A DNA stretch of 64,000 bases, taken from a virus (Duplodnaviria; Caudoviricetes). Made by a program: the position numbers and the translations under genes. Shown here piece after piece: positions 56,301 through 64,000 of the stretch (position 1 is its first letter; the number at the start of each line of letters is the position of its first letter). Below the pieces are notes generated by a model. The model saw nothing but the letters and a program-made list of their open reading frames with translations. It did not search any database and was not told where the DNA came from. The DNA lies in IMG/VR virus record IMGVR_UViG_3300031998_000056, positions 9,919-73,918 of that record. One strand, 5' to 3'.

Positions 56301-58444
56301 TTCCAGAGGTAAAGGACTTAATTGCGGAGAACCACCTGCGCAGGCAGGAGATATATGGGCCTTACGACCCCCTAACAGGTGTGGGGTGCTACGGGTTTGT
56401 CAAAGGAATGAGAAAGCATATTACCATTCCCGATTGCATCATTCCCGAGATGTTCGTACCGAAGGAGACTTTAACTACTGCGATATTCCATGAGGTTTTA
56501 AGGTTCGGCTCTATCAAGGCGTATATAGAGAAGGGGATGAATCGTGACTACGATGCGGACTACCATCAGGACGTGGAGGAAGCTTTGTTCCAAGCGAGAT
56601 TCATTGACGACCCAGAGTTCGCGTTCTACATGACCGATAAGATTGTTGACAAGACAACGGGTAACCTTATTCCTTTTAGGTTGAGATACGCCCAAAGAAA
56701 GCTCCTTAATCTGATGGAGGACAGCCGCAGGGCAGGGAAGCCGATACTTATTGCTCTATTGAAAGCCCGTCAGTGGGGAGGCTCAACATTAACCCAGATG
56801 TACATGAAGTGGATGCAAGACTACCGTCATCCGAATGGATGGAACATGGCTATACTTGCACAGGTAGGCTCTACATCAAAGAAGATTAAGGCCATGTACA
56901 GAAAGGCTATCGAGAGCCAGCCCGGATGGACGTTGGGAATGCCTGGCACTAAGTTCAAGATGTCGCCTTATGAGCAGAGCGATTCAGACTTTATCATCAC
57001 AGACGGACGATTCGCGTTAAGACCTTCCACTTTAAGTGTGGCCTCGTTTGAGAACTTTGAGAAGCTTCGTGGTGATAACTTCAAGATGGTACACTACTCC
57101 GAGGTTGCTTTGTGGAAAAAGACACCCGAGCATGATCCAGAGGAAGTGATTTCTGCCGCAGAGGGAGGACTTATCGGACTACCCGATGAATTAGCCGTAT
57201 TTGAAAGTACGGGTATGGGTAATTCGGGCTTCTTCTACGACCTGTGTCAAGATGCCATGAAGGAAGATACCACATCTGCTTATAAGTTCCTGTTTATCCC
57301 GTTCTATATGATTGAGCATGACATGGAGCCGAAAGGGGAGAACGGGTTTACCCCCGAACAGGAGGAGGCGTTTGCAGAGTGGCTGTGGAACAACAGGAAC
57401 TACGACAAGTGCCCTGCTGGGTACAGAGAGCCGGGCAAGTTCTTTTGGAAGATGTGGAAACTTGGGGCGTGTTTCGAAGCTATCAATTGGTACAGGATAA
57501 ACCGAAATAAGCACAAGAACCACGCTTATATGGCTTCCGAGGCTCCCATTGACCCGACAGAAGCTTTCCGTAATAGTGGCAATGCCGTCTTTAATCCTTA
57601 TTCTATAGATGAGTTAAAGGAGGAATGCAAAGCTCCGAAAGCACCGCTTTACTATGCAGATGTCATCCTTGCTCCGTTTGAGAGAAGGTCGAGGTCGGTA
57701 TTCTTAAACTCAGAAGTAAGGTTTAGAAACGACAACCAAGGCGAGATGAAGATATGGTCTACTCCTAATAATCATATCTTCCGCATCAAGAACAGATACT
57801 TTGTATCAGTCGATATAGGTGGTAACTCTGCCACAGCGGACTATACGGTGATGACTGTCATTGATAACATGGGTTTGTGTCCGGGCGTGAACGGAAAGCC
57901 AAGGGTAGTGGCACGATGGAGAGGGCACGTAAGACATGACATCCTTGCATGGAAAGCCGCAGCTTTAGCCCATTACTATGACGATGCTCTCTTAATCATA
58001 GAATCGAACACCGCTGACCGAGAAAGAGACAACAATACCGAGGGCGACCACTTCGGAACGATTATTGAGGAGATTTCGGGATACTATACCAATCTCTATC
58101 AGAGGACGAAAGAACCCGAGGCCACTACGGAGGGAATCAAACCTATCTATGGTTTCCAGACGAATAAACTAACAAAGGGTTGGCTGATAGATAACCTCAT
58201 AGCCTGTGTGGATGACAAGCTGTGGGATGAACCCGATGAAGAGATGTACAGAGAACTTGGTTGGTACGAAAGACGAGAGGACGGCTCGATGGGTAACAAG
58301 CTTGGTTCTGGCAAGCATGATGACGTGCTGATGTCTACAGCCATTGCTTTATGGGTTGCGTTCAACTCTCCTTATAAACCAAGCTGGCCAACAGACAGGG
58401 CAACAACCCGTGACAGGCTGCTGCCCACAGAAGCAAGCTTCTGA
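56297..58444 (+). CDS. terL: terminase large subunit
   Basis: LKARQWGGST Walker A, VHYSE Walker B, VSVDIGG and HDDVLM nuclease motifs. Confidence 0.95.
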   Translation: MIPEVKDLIAENHLRRQEIYGPYDPLTGVGCYGFVKGMRKHITIPDCIIPEMFVPKETLTTAIFHEVLRFGSIKAYIEKGMNRDYDADYHQDVEEALFQARFIDDPEFAFYMTDKIVDKTTGNLIPFRLRYAQRKLLNLMEDSRRAGKPILIALLKARQWGGSTLTQMYMKWMQDYRHPNGWNMAILAQVGSTSKKIKAMYRKAIESQPGWTLGMPGTKFKMSPYEQSDSDFIITDGRFALRPSTLSVASFENFEKLRGDNFKMVHYSEVALWKKTPEHDPEEVISAAEGGLIGLPDELAVFESTGMGNSGFFYDLCQDAMKEDTTSAYKFLFIPFYMIEHDMEPKGENGFTPEQEEAFAEWLWNNRNYDKCPAGYREPGKFFWKMWKLGACFEAINWYRINRNKHKNHAYMASEAPIDPTEAFRNSGNAVFNPYSIDELKEECKAPKAPLYYADVILAPFERRSRSVFLNSEVRFRNDNQGEMKIWSTPNNHIFRIKNRYFVSVDIGGNSATADYTVMTVIDNMGLCPGVNGKPRVVARWRGHVRHDILAWKAAALAHYYDDALLIIESNTADRERDNNTEGDHFGTIIEEISGYYTNLYQRTKEPEATTEGIKPIYGFQTNKLTKGWLIDNLIACVDDKLWDEPDEEMYRELGWYERREDGSMGNKLGSGKHDDVLMSTAIALWVAFNSPYKPSWPTDRATTRDRLLPTEASF

Positions 58445-58459
58445 AAATAGAGCTGGGGA

Positions 58460-58592
58460 AGAAAAGGCCCCCGGCTTGACAAATAGAACCACCAATTTAT
58501 CATTATGACTGCCTGACAAGCAGAGCGCCGGGGGTTATACCCTGTAACTCTACTTGCCAAGCGGCCTGTGTCAATATGGTTGGTGGTTCGGG
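58460..58592 (-). ncRNA. candidate small structured RNA
   Basis: Perfect promoter TTTG-N19-TAACTTTG (58596-58626); three crossing complementary pairs; ends in GCCGGGGGCC-TTTTCTT. Confidence 0.5.
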
Positions 58593-58637
58593 GTGCAAAG
58601 TTAAAGAAAAATGTTCAACAGACAAAATTTTGTACCG

Positions 58638-58871
58638 ATGAAGGCTTACGAATTGTTGAAAATTAACACAAATCTCCTTGAAATGATGTCAAAGTTTGAC
58701 ATTAAGCGAGACGATTGTAAGTTTCTGAAACTTTATGAGGAATACCACGCCATGAAGGAGAAGGGCGAGAAGTATTGGTATATCATCACGAAGCTTGCAG
58801 AACGCTACGGAGTGAGTGCGAGTAGTGTGAAGAGGCTTGTCAAAAGGCTTTCCAGAGAGGTCATTTTCTGA
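58638..58871 (+). CDS. HTH regulator (Mor-like)
   Basis: Likely start MKAYELL; C-terminal LAERYGVSASSVKRLV. Confidence 0.75.
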   Translation: MKAYELLKINTNLLEMMSKFDIKRDDCKFLKLYEEYHAMKEKGEKYWYIITKLAERYGVSASSVKRLVKRLSREVIF

Positions 58872-58892
58872 ACCCAACGTTTGAATGAAAAG

Positions 58893-58924
58893 CTTGCAAG
58901 TAATGTTGCTTGTAGGTATTTTTG
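58893..58924 (+). promoter_or_regulatory. promoter of the accessory operon with overlapping palindrome
   Basis: CTTG-N20-TATTTTTG; palindrome CTTGCAAG covers the -33 box; TCATGTCT/AGACATGA hairpin just downstream. Confidence 0.6.
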
Positions 58925-58989
58925 TCATGTCTTAGCGCAGAGACATGAGATAGTTAAACGATTTATTCACATTCAAACAAAAGATTTCT

Positions 58990-59538
58990 ATGGAACTCAA
59001 AGATTTAGTGGAGATGAAAGCGCTGGAGAACAACGGCCTTTCCCCATTTGAGCAGTACAAGGTCGGGTACATGCAGCAAAAGAACCACACCAGCGGCATC
59101 GGTGTGACAGGTCTTGTGTTGGGTTGTGTTGGCACAGCCGCCGCCGTAGGTGCATGGATATTCGCTCCGTTGTATGGTAATGCCAAGGCCAGCCAAGCCA
59201 AGGAAGCCGCCTATGCAGCCAAGGAGATTGCATCCATCCAGAATGGTGCTACCCAGCGTCAGCTTGACCAGCTTACCAACCTTCTTGCCGCAGAGCGTAG
59301 TGAGCGTTTGCAGGGTGACATCACCTTGAACGCCACTATCAACGACACCGTTAGTGGTCAGCAAGCCGCCAGCCTTACCGCACAACAGGCCGCAGAGCTG
59401 TCGAGCGTGAACTCTGTGATGCAGCAGACCTATTCAGACTTCGTGACAGGCCGCGCCAGCTTGAATCCTACTCCCGTGAGCCTCTACAGCGCTCCCCAGC
59501 CCTGTAGCTGCCCCAACTCATGCGGATGTAACGGGTAA
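58990..59538 (+). CDS. membrane/coiled-coil protein with Cys-rich C-terminus
   Basis: Gly-rich TM GIGVTGLVLGCVGTAAAVGAWIF, coiled coil, ends PCSCPNSCGCNG. Confidence 0.85.
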   Translation: MELKDLVEMKALENNGLSPFEQYKVGYMQQKNHTSGIGVTGLVLGCVGTAAAVGAWIFAPLYGNAKASQAKEAAYAAKEIASIQNGATQRQLDQLTNLLAAERSERLQGDITLNATINDTVSGQQAASLTAQQAAELSSVNSVMQQTYSDFVTGRASLNPTPVSLYSAPQPCSCPNSCGCNG

Positions 59539-59602
59539 ACAACTGAACGGATATTCCGGATTAACCCGATAGTCTGGAATATCCCTTCTAAACACACGGC
59601 AA

Positions 59603-59938
59603 ATGAGATGGTTCAAAAAGAAACGATTAGAGATGGTACAGGCAATAAGACCGACAAGTAAGGCTACGCTAAAGATACAATGTCTGTTCGCGTGCAAGGG
59701 GGATATAACTGAGGCGATGAAGCTCTATGATTACTTCGCCAATGATATGCCCGAGTTGCCTGACTACGACCCTGTACAGCCTACATGGGTGGATAACACA
59801 AAGGATACCGTCAATGGCTTGGTGGGTTGGTTCAAAGAGAATCAAGACACGCTGGCACAGGGGTATGACTTTATCATGAATGTAGTTAAGAAAAGAGGAA
59901 CGGCTGTAGCTGCTGAGGCTCTGCCAAGCATCAATTAA
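59603..59938 (+). CDS. hypothetical protein
   Basis: 111-aa ORF in the accessory operon. Confidence 0.75.
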   Translation: MRWFKKKRLEMVQAIRPTSKATLKIQCLFACKGDITEAMKLYDYFANDMPELPDYDPVQPTWVDNTKDTVNGLVGWFKENQDTLAQGYDFIMNVVKKRGTAVAAEALPSIN

Positions 59939-59945
59939 ATAATGT

Positions 59946-60164
59946 ATGGAAAAGAGAGAACTGAAAGGATTCCCGATAGCATTTAACATCTATGCGGAGA
60001 ACGAGAGCGAGGCCGAGGAGTGCCGTATGGCTATTGTGGCTTTCATAGGGCTTCATGCCTCACAATGCAGGGCTGTGACCGCAAAGAAGGTGGCACAGGC
60101 GTTGTCGAATTGGGATAAGAATATGTTAGTGAAGAACAGGATTATTCAATACTTTAAAGACTGA
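59946..60164 (+). CDS. hypothetical protein
   Basis: 72-aa coupled ORF. Confidence 0.75.
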   Translation: MEKRELKGFPIAFNIYAENESEAEECRMAIVAFIGLHASQCRAVTAKKVAQALSNWDKNMLVKNRIIQYFKD

Positions 60165-60400
60165 TGGAAGGTAAATTTCTATGCTCTGGCGATTGCCTCA
60201 AATGTATGCCAGCGCAGAGGACATATTGTGCATCACAACACGCCTATTCGAACATGAAGGTGCTTGACCAACTCATGAGTGAGGTGCTTTCTATTAAGGA
60301 GAAGATTGAGGCGATGCAGAACAACGAGGCTATGGTGTTCGACCTTAAAGCGCAAGAGGGGGAAGCGGCGCAGACAATAGGCTCCCGAGATAGTTTTTAG
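60164..60400 (+). CDS. Cys-cluster + coiled-coil protein
   Basis: CSGDCLKC...YC N-terminus. Confidence 0.75.
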   Translation: MEGKFLCSGDCLKCMPAQRTYCASQHAYSNMKVLDQLMSEVLSIKEKIEAMQNNEAMVFDLKAQEGEAAQTIGSRDSF

Positions 60401-60421
60401 TTTAATTAAAATTTTTAGTTT

Positions 60422-60868
60422 ATGAACTGCAACAATGGAAAGACATTCGTGGTATCACTTACTACGGTGCCGGGCGGTACAGCCGCCAACGCCAATTATT
60501 TATTGGCACTCGACCACTACACTTGTGGTAACAGAAAGCTTTGTACGCAAGAGGTGTTCCCTGTGACAGCCGACCTCAAGGCAACGGCCATAGGAGCGCC
60601 TGTGAACGTGGGTAACGACACCTTCTGTCAAGAGGTGCTTATCAGTGGAACGTGTACATTCATGCCGTATGTGTGCGGATGTAATTGTAACGTATGCCCG
60701 AGGACGGACAATGTGTATTGCACGATTTGTGTGCCCTGCTCTGCCGCCACTACTCCGACCTTGACAATAGGGGATAGCGTGGCCACGCCCACTAACGTTC
60801 AGCCCTGCTGCAATGTTACCAATGCGATTGCCATCACTACGACACTTAATGTAACGACAGGAGCATGA
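60422..60868 (+). CDS. Cys/Thr-rich beta-strand protein
   Basis: 14 Cys in 148 aa. Confidence 0.8.
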   Translation: MNCNNGKTFVVSLTTVPGGTAANANYLLALDHYTCGNRKLCTQEVFPVTADLKATAIGAPVNVGNDTFCQEVLISGTCTFMPYVCGCNCNVCPRTDNVYCTICVPCSAATTPTLTIGDSVATPTNVQPCCNVTNAIAITTTLNVTTGA

Positions 60869-61233
60869 TTCCTTGGGGTGATATTGCTTGCATCGTGTTC
60901 GTCTGCGTGACGATGAACCACCTCGGACTTATGGGAAAAATCGAGGGGATAGTGGGATTTCGTATTCCCATCCTTAATTGCCCGAAGTGTGCAAGTTGTT
61001 GGTTAACACTCGCTTACCTTATGGGGAAAATGGGATTTTTAATAATCCCACAAATCCCATTGGTGCTTGCAATATCATTCCTTGCCAGCTACATTGCTTT
61101 GTGGCTGGAACTGCTTGAAGGATATATCGACACTTTATATTTGAAGCTTTATGGGAAGATTGTATCAAAATATAGTGACAACGAGGTTGCCGCAGATACC
61201 GACAAAGGTTATTCCGAAAGCGCCTTGCCCTAA
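60865..61233 (+). CDS. membrane protein with CPKC motif (DUF1360-like)
   Basis: ILNCPKCASCW between TM segments. Confidence 0.7.
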   Translation: MIPWGDIACIVFVCVTMNHLGLMGKIEGIVGFRIPILNCPKCASCWLTLAYLMGKMGFLIIPQIPLVLAISFLASYIALWLELLEGYIDTLYLKLYGKIVSKYSDNEVAADTDKGYSESALP

Positions 61234-61285
61234 TTGCCCGAAGGTGACAGAAACGAGTTTAAAAAGAAGAAAAAATAACGTGTGA
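61151..61285 (+). CDS. 44-aa overlapping protein with CPNC motif (not in ORF track)
   Basis: MGRLYQNIVTTRLPQIPTKVIPKAPCPNCPKVTETSLKRRKNNV. Confidence 0.5.
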   Translation: MGRLYQNIVTTRLPQIPTKVIPKAPCPNCPKVTETSLKRRKNNV

Positions 61286-61341
61286 TTTTCTAAGCAAAAA
61301 GGGAGCGCCTGATACACAGCACTTTACGTTCTTTTAGGAAA

Positions 61342-61845
61342 TTGCAAGAAAATAAAGAAGAAATGACACAGGAAGAATTAAGAAACGAGTTCCTTGCCTT
61401 GTATGAGATGATGGCGGACTCAAACAATGTGGCTTATATGCGCATCTTCGGAGATGTTCACAAGGAGATGATGGAATGGTTTATCCAGAACAAGCCCGAG
61501 CTTGCGCATGAGTGGGTGTATAAGCTTGAAACCATCCGTTGGAAGAACTACCTCACACCGAAAGAAGCGGAGACGATCGTCTCAAAGATGGAGCCGAAAG
61601 CCCCTTGGAACAGGGAGCAATGGAAGAGCGCGATGGAAGGTCATGGACTACCCTTGGAGAAAGAGCCTTTCTACAACAGGTGCGCTATGTATGTGACGAT
61701 GAACATGATTATGAGTGATTCGTCAGCCACGCTTGGGAAGTTCGTGGATGAGGAGAATATGTTCCACCTGGTACATGATTTGGCCGTAGATAAGCTGACG
61801 GATAAGGACGGCGTTTTCAACGTGAAACGCTACTTTGGGATGTAA
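61342..61845 (+). CDS. helical hypothetical protein, last gene of the accessory operon
   Basis: YLTPKEAETIVSKM...W...YVTMNMIMSD...LAVDKLTDKDG. Confidence 0.8.
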   Translation: MQENKEEMTQEELRNEFLALYEMMADSNNVAYMRIFGDVHKEMMEWFIQNKPELAHEWVYKLETIRWKNYLTPKEAETIVSKMEPKAPWNREQWKSAMEGHGLPLEKEPFYNRCAMYVTMNMIMSDSSATLGKFVDEENMFHLVHDLAVDKLTDKDGVFNVKRYFGM

Positions 61846-61864
61846 CCATGCTTGCCGTGTGGTC

Positions 61865-61888
61865 GGGAGGCGTCTTATGGCGCTTCCC
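61865..61888. terminator. terminator closing the accessory operon
   Basis: GGGAGGCGTC-TTAT-GGCGCTTCCC stem between convergent units. Confidence 0.6.
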
Positions 61889-61909
61889 ATATCAAAAAAA
61901 GGAGGGGCT

Positions 61910-62557
61910 TCATTGCTCCTCCTTCTTTAAATCAAACTTTTCAGAGAGACGTTTTATTATCTCTTCGGCGTGTTGCTCCTGTTCGGGCGTGAGTGGTGTG
62001 TGGCGCTCCTTCGATAGCTGTTCTATGCGCTTCTGTTGTTCTGCCCGTCCACGTTCTACTGATAGTTCATTCCAGAAAGGACGCAAACACATCAGAAATT
62101 CTTGTGGGTTCGGTCGGGAGGACTGATAAATCTTTCCGTAGTCACCACGTTTGAACTGCTTTAAGAACGACAGGAACTCATCGAGGTTCAGTTGTCCGAA
62201 GATTTCATTGTCGAGGATAAGCTCTGCCGTCTGCATGATTTGCCCTTTGGATGCTGTATCGAAGATTCCGAGGAAAGCAAACGTTTCTGCGATGTGAAAT
62301 CGAAGCCACATCAGCGTTGCCTCTCTTGAAAAGAAGTTCGTCACCTCAAAGAGGGTGGGGGCTTTACTTGCTGCCGCATCCCCGAGTGTTACAAGTGCTT
62401 TTGAGTGCGCGTTAAAGACAAGTGTCGTATAGTCCGGGCCGTACCGATTGACCGCAGCCATGAGCTTGTCTTTACTGACCGACAACGATGTCGGCCAGTT
62501 TAGCGATGCGCTGCTGTTCGATGGTAGGTTTTGTATTTCTGAAATAGATTTCATCAT
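61910..62557 (-). CDS. putative replication accessory/loader protein
   Basis: Follows the initiator-like gene; FLKQFKRGDYGKIY motif common in Bacteroidales phage replication modules. Confidence 0.5.
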   Translation of the reverse strand: MMKSISEIQNLPSNSSASLNWPTSLSVSKDKLMAAVNRYGPDYTTLVFNAHSKALVTLGDAAASKAPTLFEVTNFFSREATLMWLRFHIAETFAFLGIFDTASKGQIMQTAELILDNEIFGQLNLDEFLSFLKQFKRGDYGKIYQSSRPNPQEFLMCLRPFWNELSVERGRAEQQKRIEQLSKERHTPLTPEQEQHAEEIIKRLSEKFDLKKEEQ

Positions 62558-62903
62558 TCCACGATTTGTTGTTCAAATAGGTGTATGGGTCTTTTCTGAA
62601 ATTTACATCTGGAGTGGATGCAACGTAGGCAGGGGTGGCATTAAGACAAGCTTGCCTGTCTTTCTGGGAAAGCTTTTGCCACTTCTTCAAGCACTTGTCC
62701 TTGCCTCGTTTCTTCTGATAGAGTTCCCACCATTGGTCGAAGGATGAATCGGCATCTACGACCTCTATCCCATCTGCTAAAAGGATTCCTGTTTCGAAGA
62801 AGTCGCGGCAGAGGGCCTTTATCTGTTCGGGGTCTTGTGGAAGGTTCGCTCCTTTGATACGCCAACGACCTTCAAAGGCTTTGGTTATTTCCTGTTGTGT
62901 CAT
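62472..62903 (-). CDS. replication initiator-like protein
   Basis: FDQWWELYQKKRGK...RKDPYTYLNNKSWNDE initiator C-terminal motif. Confidence 0.6.
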   Translation of the reverse strand: MTQQEITKAFEGRWRIKGANLPQDPEQIKALCRDFFETGILLADGIEVVDADSSFDQWWELYQKKRGKDKCLKKWQKLSQKDRQACLNATPAYVASTPDVNFRKDPYTYLNNKSWNDEIYFRNTKPTIEQQRIAKLADIVVGQ

Positions 62904-62907
62904 CGTT

Positions 62908-63669
62908 CTACAGCTTCTTTAGTTCCTCTAAAAGTTCTTTAAGCAAGTCGACAGAAAATCCTTCACTACCATAATACTTGACAGCATCAGAAAGACATGC
63001 TAATTGTGTTTCACTCGGCTTCCAAGTATATCTGTATTTGAGGGATTTAAGCCAATGTTTTGTTTTTCTTTTCTCTTCAAATGACCATCCATCCTTTGTG
63101 GCAATAGCATTTATACACTCCGCCATATAACATTCATCCTCTTCACTCCAAGCAGGTTTATCATACAGTACTTCCTTTGCTTCTGCCGATATCATGCGTT
63201 GTGGCTTCTGCTCATCCTTGCAAGTTTTTGCAGAATTAGCAAGAATTTGCTCACCTTGCTTTTCAAGCATCAATTTATCTAACTCTGAGAGTTCTATATA
63301 ATCACACTCATAACCAAGACAGGAACTAAGACTATATGTATAACCATTCTTTACCAAATAAATCGGTTTACCTTCTCCATTTCCAGCAATACCATCTTTC
63401 CAATGTTTCCAAATTGATACTTTTTTTGGTGTGCCTTGCTTCTCAAGCCAAGCAAGTGCTTCTTCCTTGTGAACATTATAGTCAATCCATAACCCATCAC
63501 CAGTAGTATCATGCACCAGTTCAAGTAATGCTTTCCTTATCCTCTCGTCCTCACTCTCTTTGAGTTCGGGGAAATAATGCTCTGCATCATCTTTAGTAGC
63601 ACCATGCAAGCCTTCGTAAAGACTTTGCATCCAACCTAAAGCTTCCTTGTATTTCTTTTCGTAGTCCAT
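62908..63669 (-). CDS. hypothetical protein of a modular Prevotella-phage family
   Basis: FPELKESEDERIRK, AWLEKQG, WSEEDE, WKPSE modules. Confidence 0.75.
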   Translation of the reverse strand: MDYEKKYKEALGWMQSLYEGLHGATKDDAEHYFPELKESEDERIRKALLELVHDTTGDGLWIDYNVHKEEALAWLEKQGTPKKVSIWKHWKDGIAGNGEGKPIYLVKNGYTYSLSSCLGYECDYIELSELDKLMLEKQGEQILANSAKTCKDEQKPQRMISAEAKEVLYDKPAWSEEDECYMAECINAIATKDGWSFEEKRKTKHWLKSLKYRYTWKPSETQLACLSDAVKYYGSEGFSVDLLKELLEELKKL

Positions 63670-63671
63670 AA

Positions 63672-63890
63672 TTACTCCTTTCTATACTTTTTGACTGCTT
63701 CTTTGGCTTGATATTCAGCTATAACAAGCATTTTCTTGTCATTTTTATATATCGCCTTTGCTAAATCTATCATTGCTTCTTCCAAATGGTCGGCACAGTA
63801 GGGATAACTTGGTATGTCTGGGTCTATACATGGGTAGTATGCAACTGCCTGTTTGCCACAGATACAGCATCTGTCATCTTTTGCTTCCAT
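63672..63890 (-). CDS. small Zn-finger-like protein
   Basis: CCICG...PYCADH. Confidence 0.65.
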   Translation of the reverse strand: MEAKDDRCCICGKQAVAYYPCIDPDIPSYPYCADHLEEAMIDLAKAIYKNDKKMLVIAEYQAKEAVKKYRKE

Positions 63891-63893
63891 AGT

Positions 63894-64000
63894 TTACTTC
63901 GTTTGCTTTTCAAGTTCTCGCTTTGCATCTACAATGCCTTTAAGGTAGGCATCATCTATCTGTCTTTGAACTTTCTTCTGATTTTCAAGCCAAGCAATCC
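63894..64000 (-). CDS. 3' end of a gene truncated by window edge
   Basis: ...IAWLENQKKVQRQIDDAYLKG...KQTK stop; shares the AWLE.Q module with 62908..63669. Confidence 0.55.
   Translation of the reverse strand, partial: IAWLENQKKVQRQIDDAYLKGIVDAKRELEKQTK

Noticed and set aside
58372-58560. 62-aa minus-strand ORF
   Set aside because: Overlaps the terL 3' end antisense and has no protein-like features; the region is better explained as structured RNA
58460-58600. HDV-like/theta ribozyme
   Set aside because: The crossing helices do not follow the compact P1-P2-P3-P1.1-P4 order and are not adjacent to a tRNA
1-64000. Alternative genetic code (stop reassignment) as in some Bacteroidota phages
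   Set aside because: Long genes, including the 6001-aa ORF, are intact under the standard code and coding density is high; no suppressor tRNA was found

Overview
This window is most of a temperate Bacteroidales (Prevotella-like) phage genome with a P22-like podovirus gene set. The host call rests on repeated TTTG-N19-20-TAnnTTTG promoters and Bacteroidetes-type gene families. Layout: a leftward early/replication operon (NinG, KilA-N) that probably wraps round to the leftward replication genes at the right end; a CI-like repressor; an apparently intact attP plus tyrosine integrase; a second leftward operon of about 20 small genes (PcfJ, PcfK/AcrIIA9-like); an HTH plus membrane-protein cassette; lysis genes; a tail protein; ejection proteins including a 6001-aa polyvalent protein; tail fibre and tailspike; capsid, scaffold and portal; four paralogous ring/adaptor proteins; a rhomboid protease; the large terminase; and a self-contained Cys-rich/membrane operon of unknown function. 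The most notable items are (1) that operon at 58.6-61.9 kb, (2) a phage rhomboid protease together with a capsid protein carrying a signal-peptide-like N-terminus, (3) tRNA-like T-arm elements at a fixed distance before early genes, and (4) two candidate structured ncRNAs. All family assignments come from motif recognition by eye; no searches were run.
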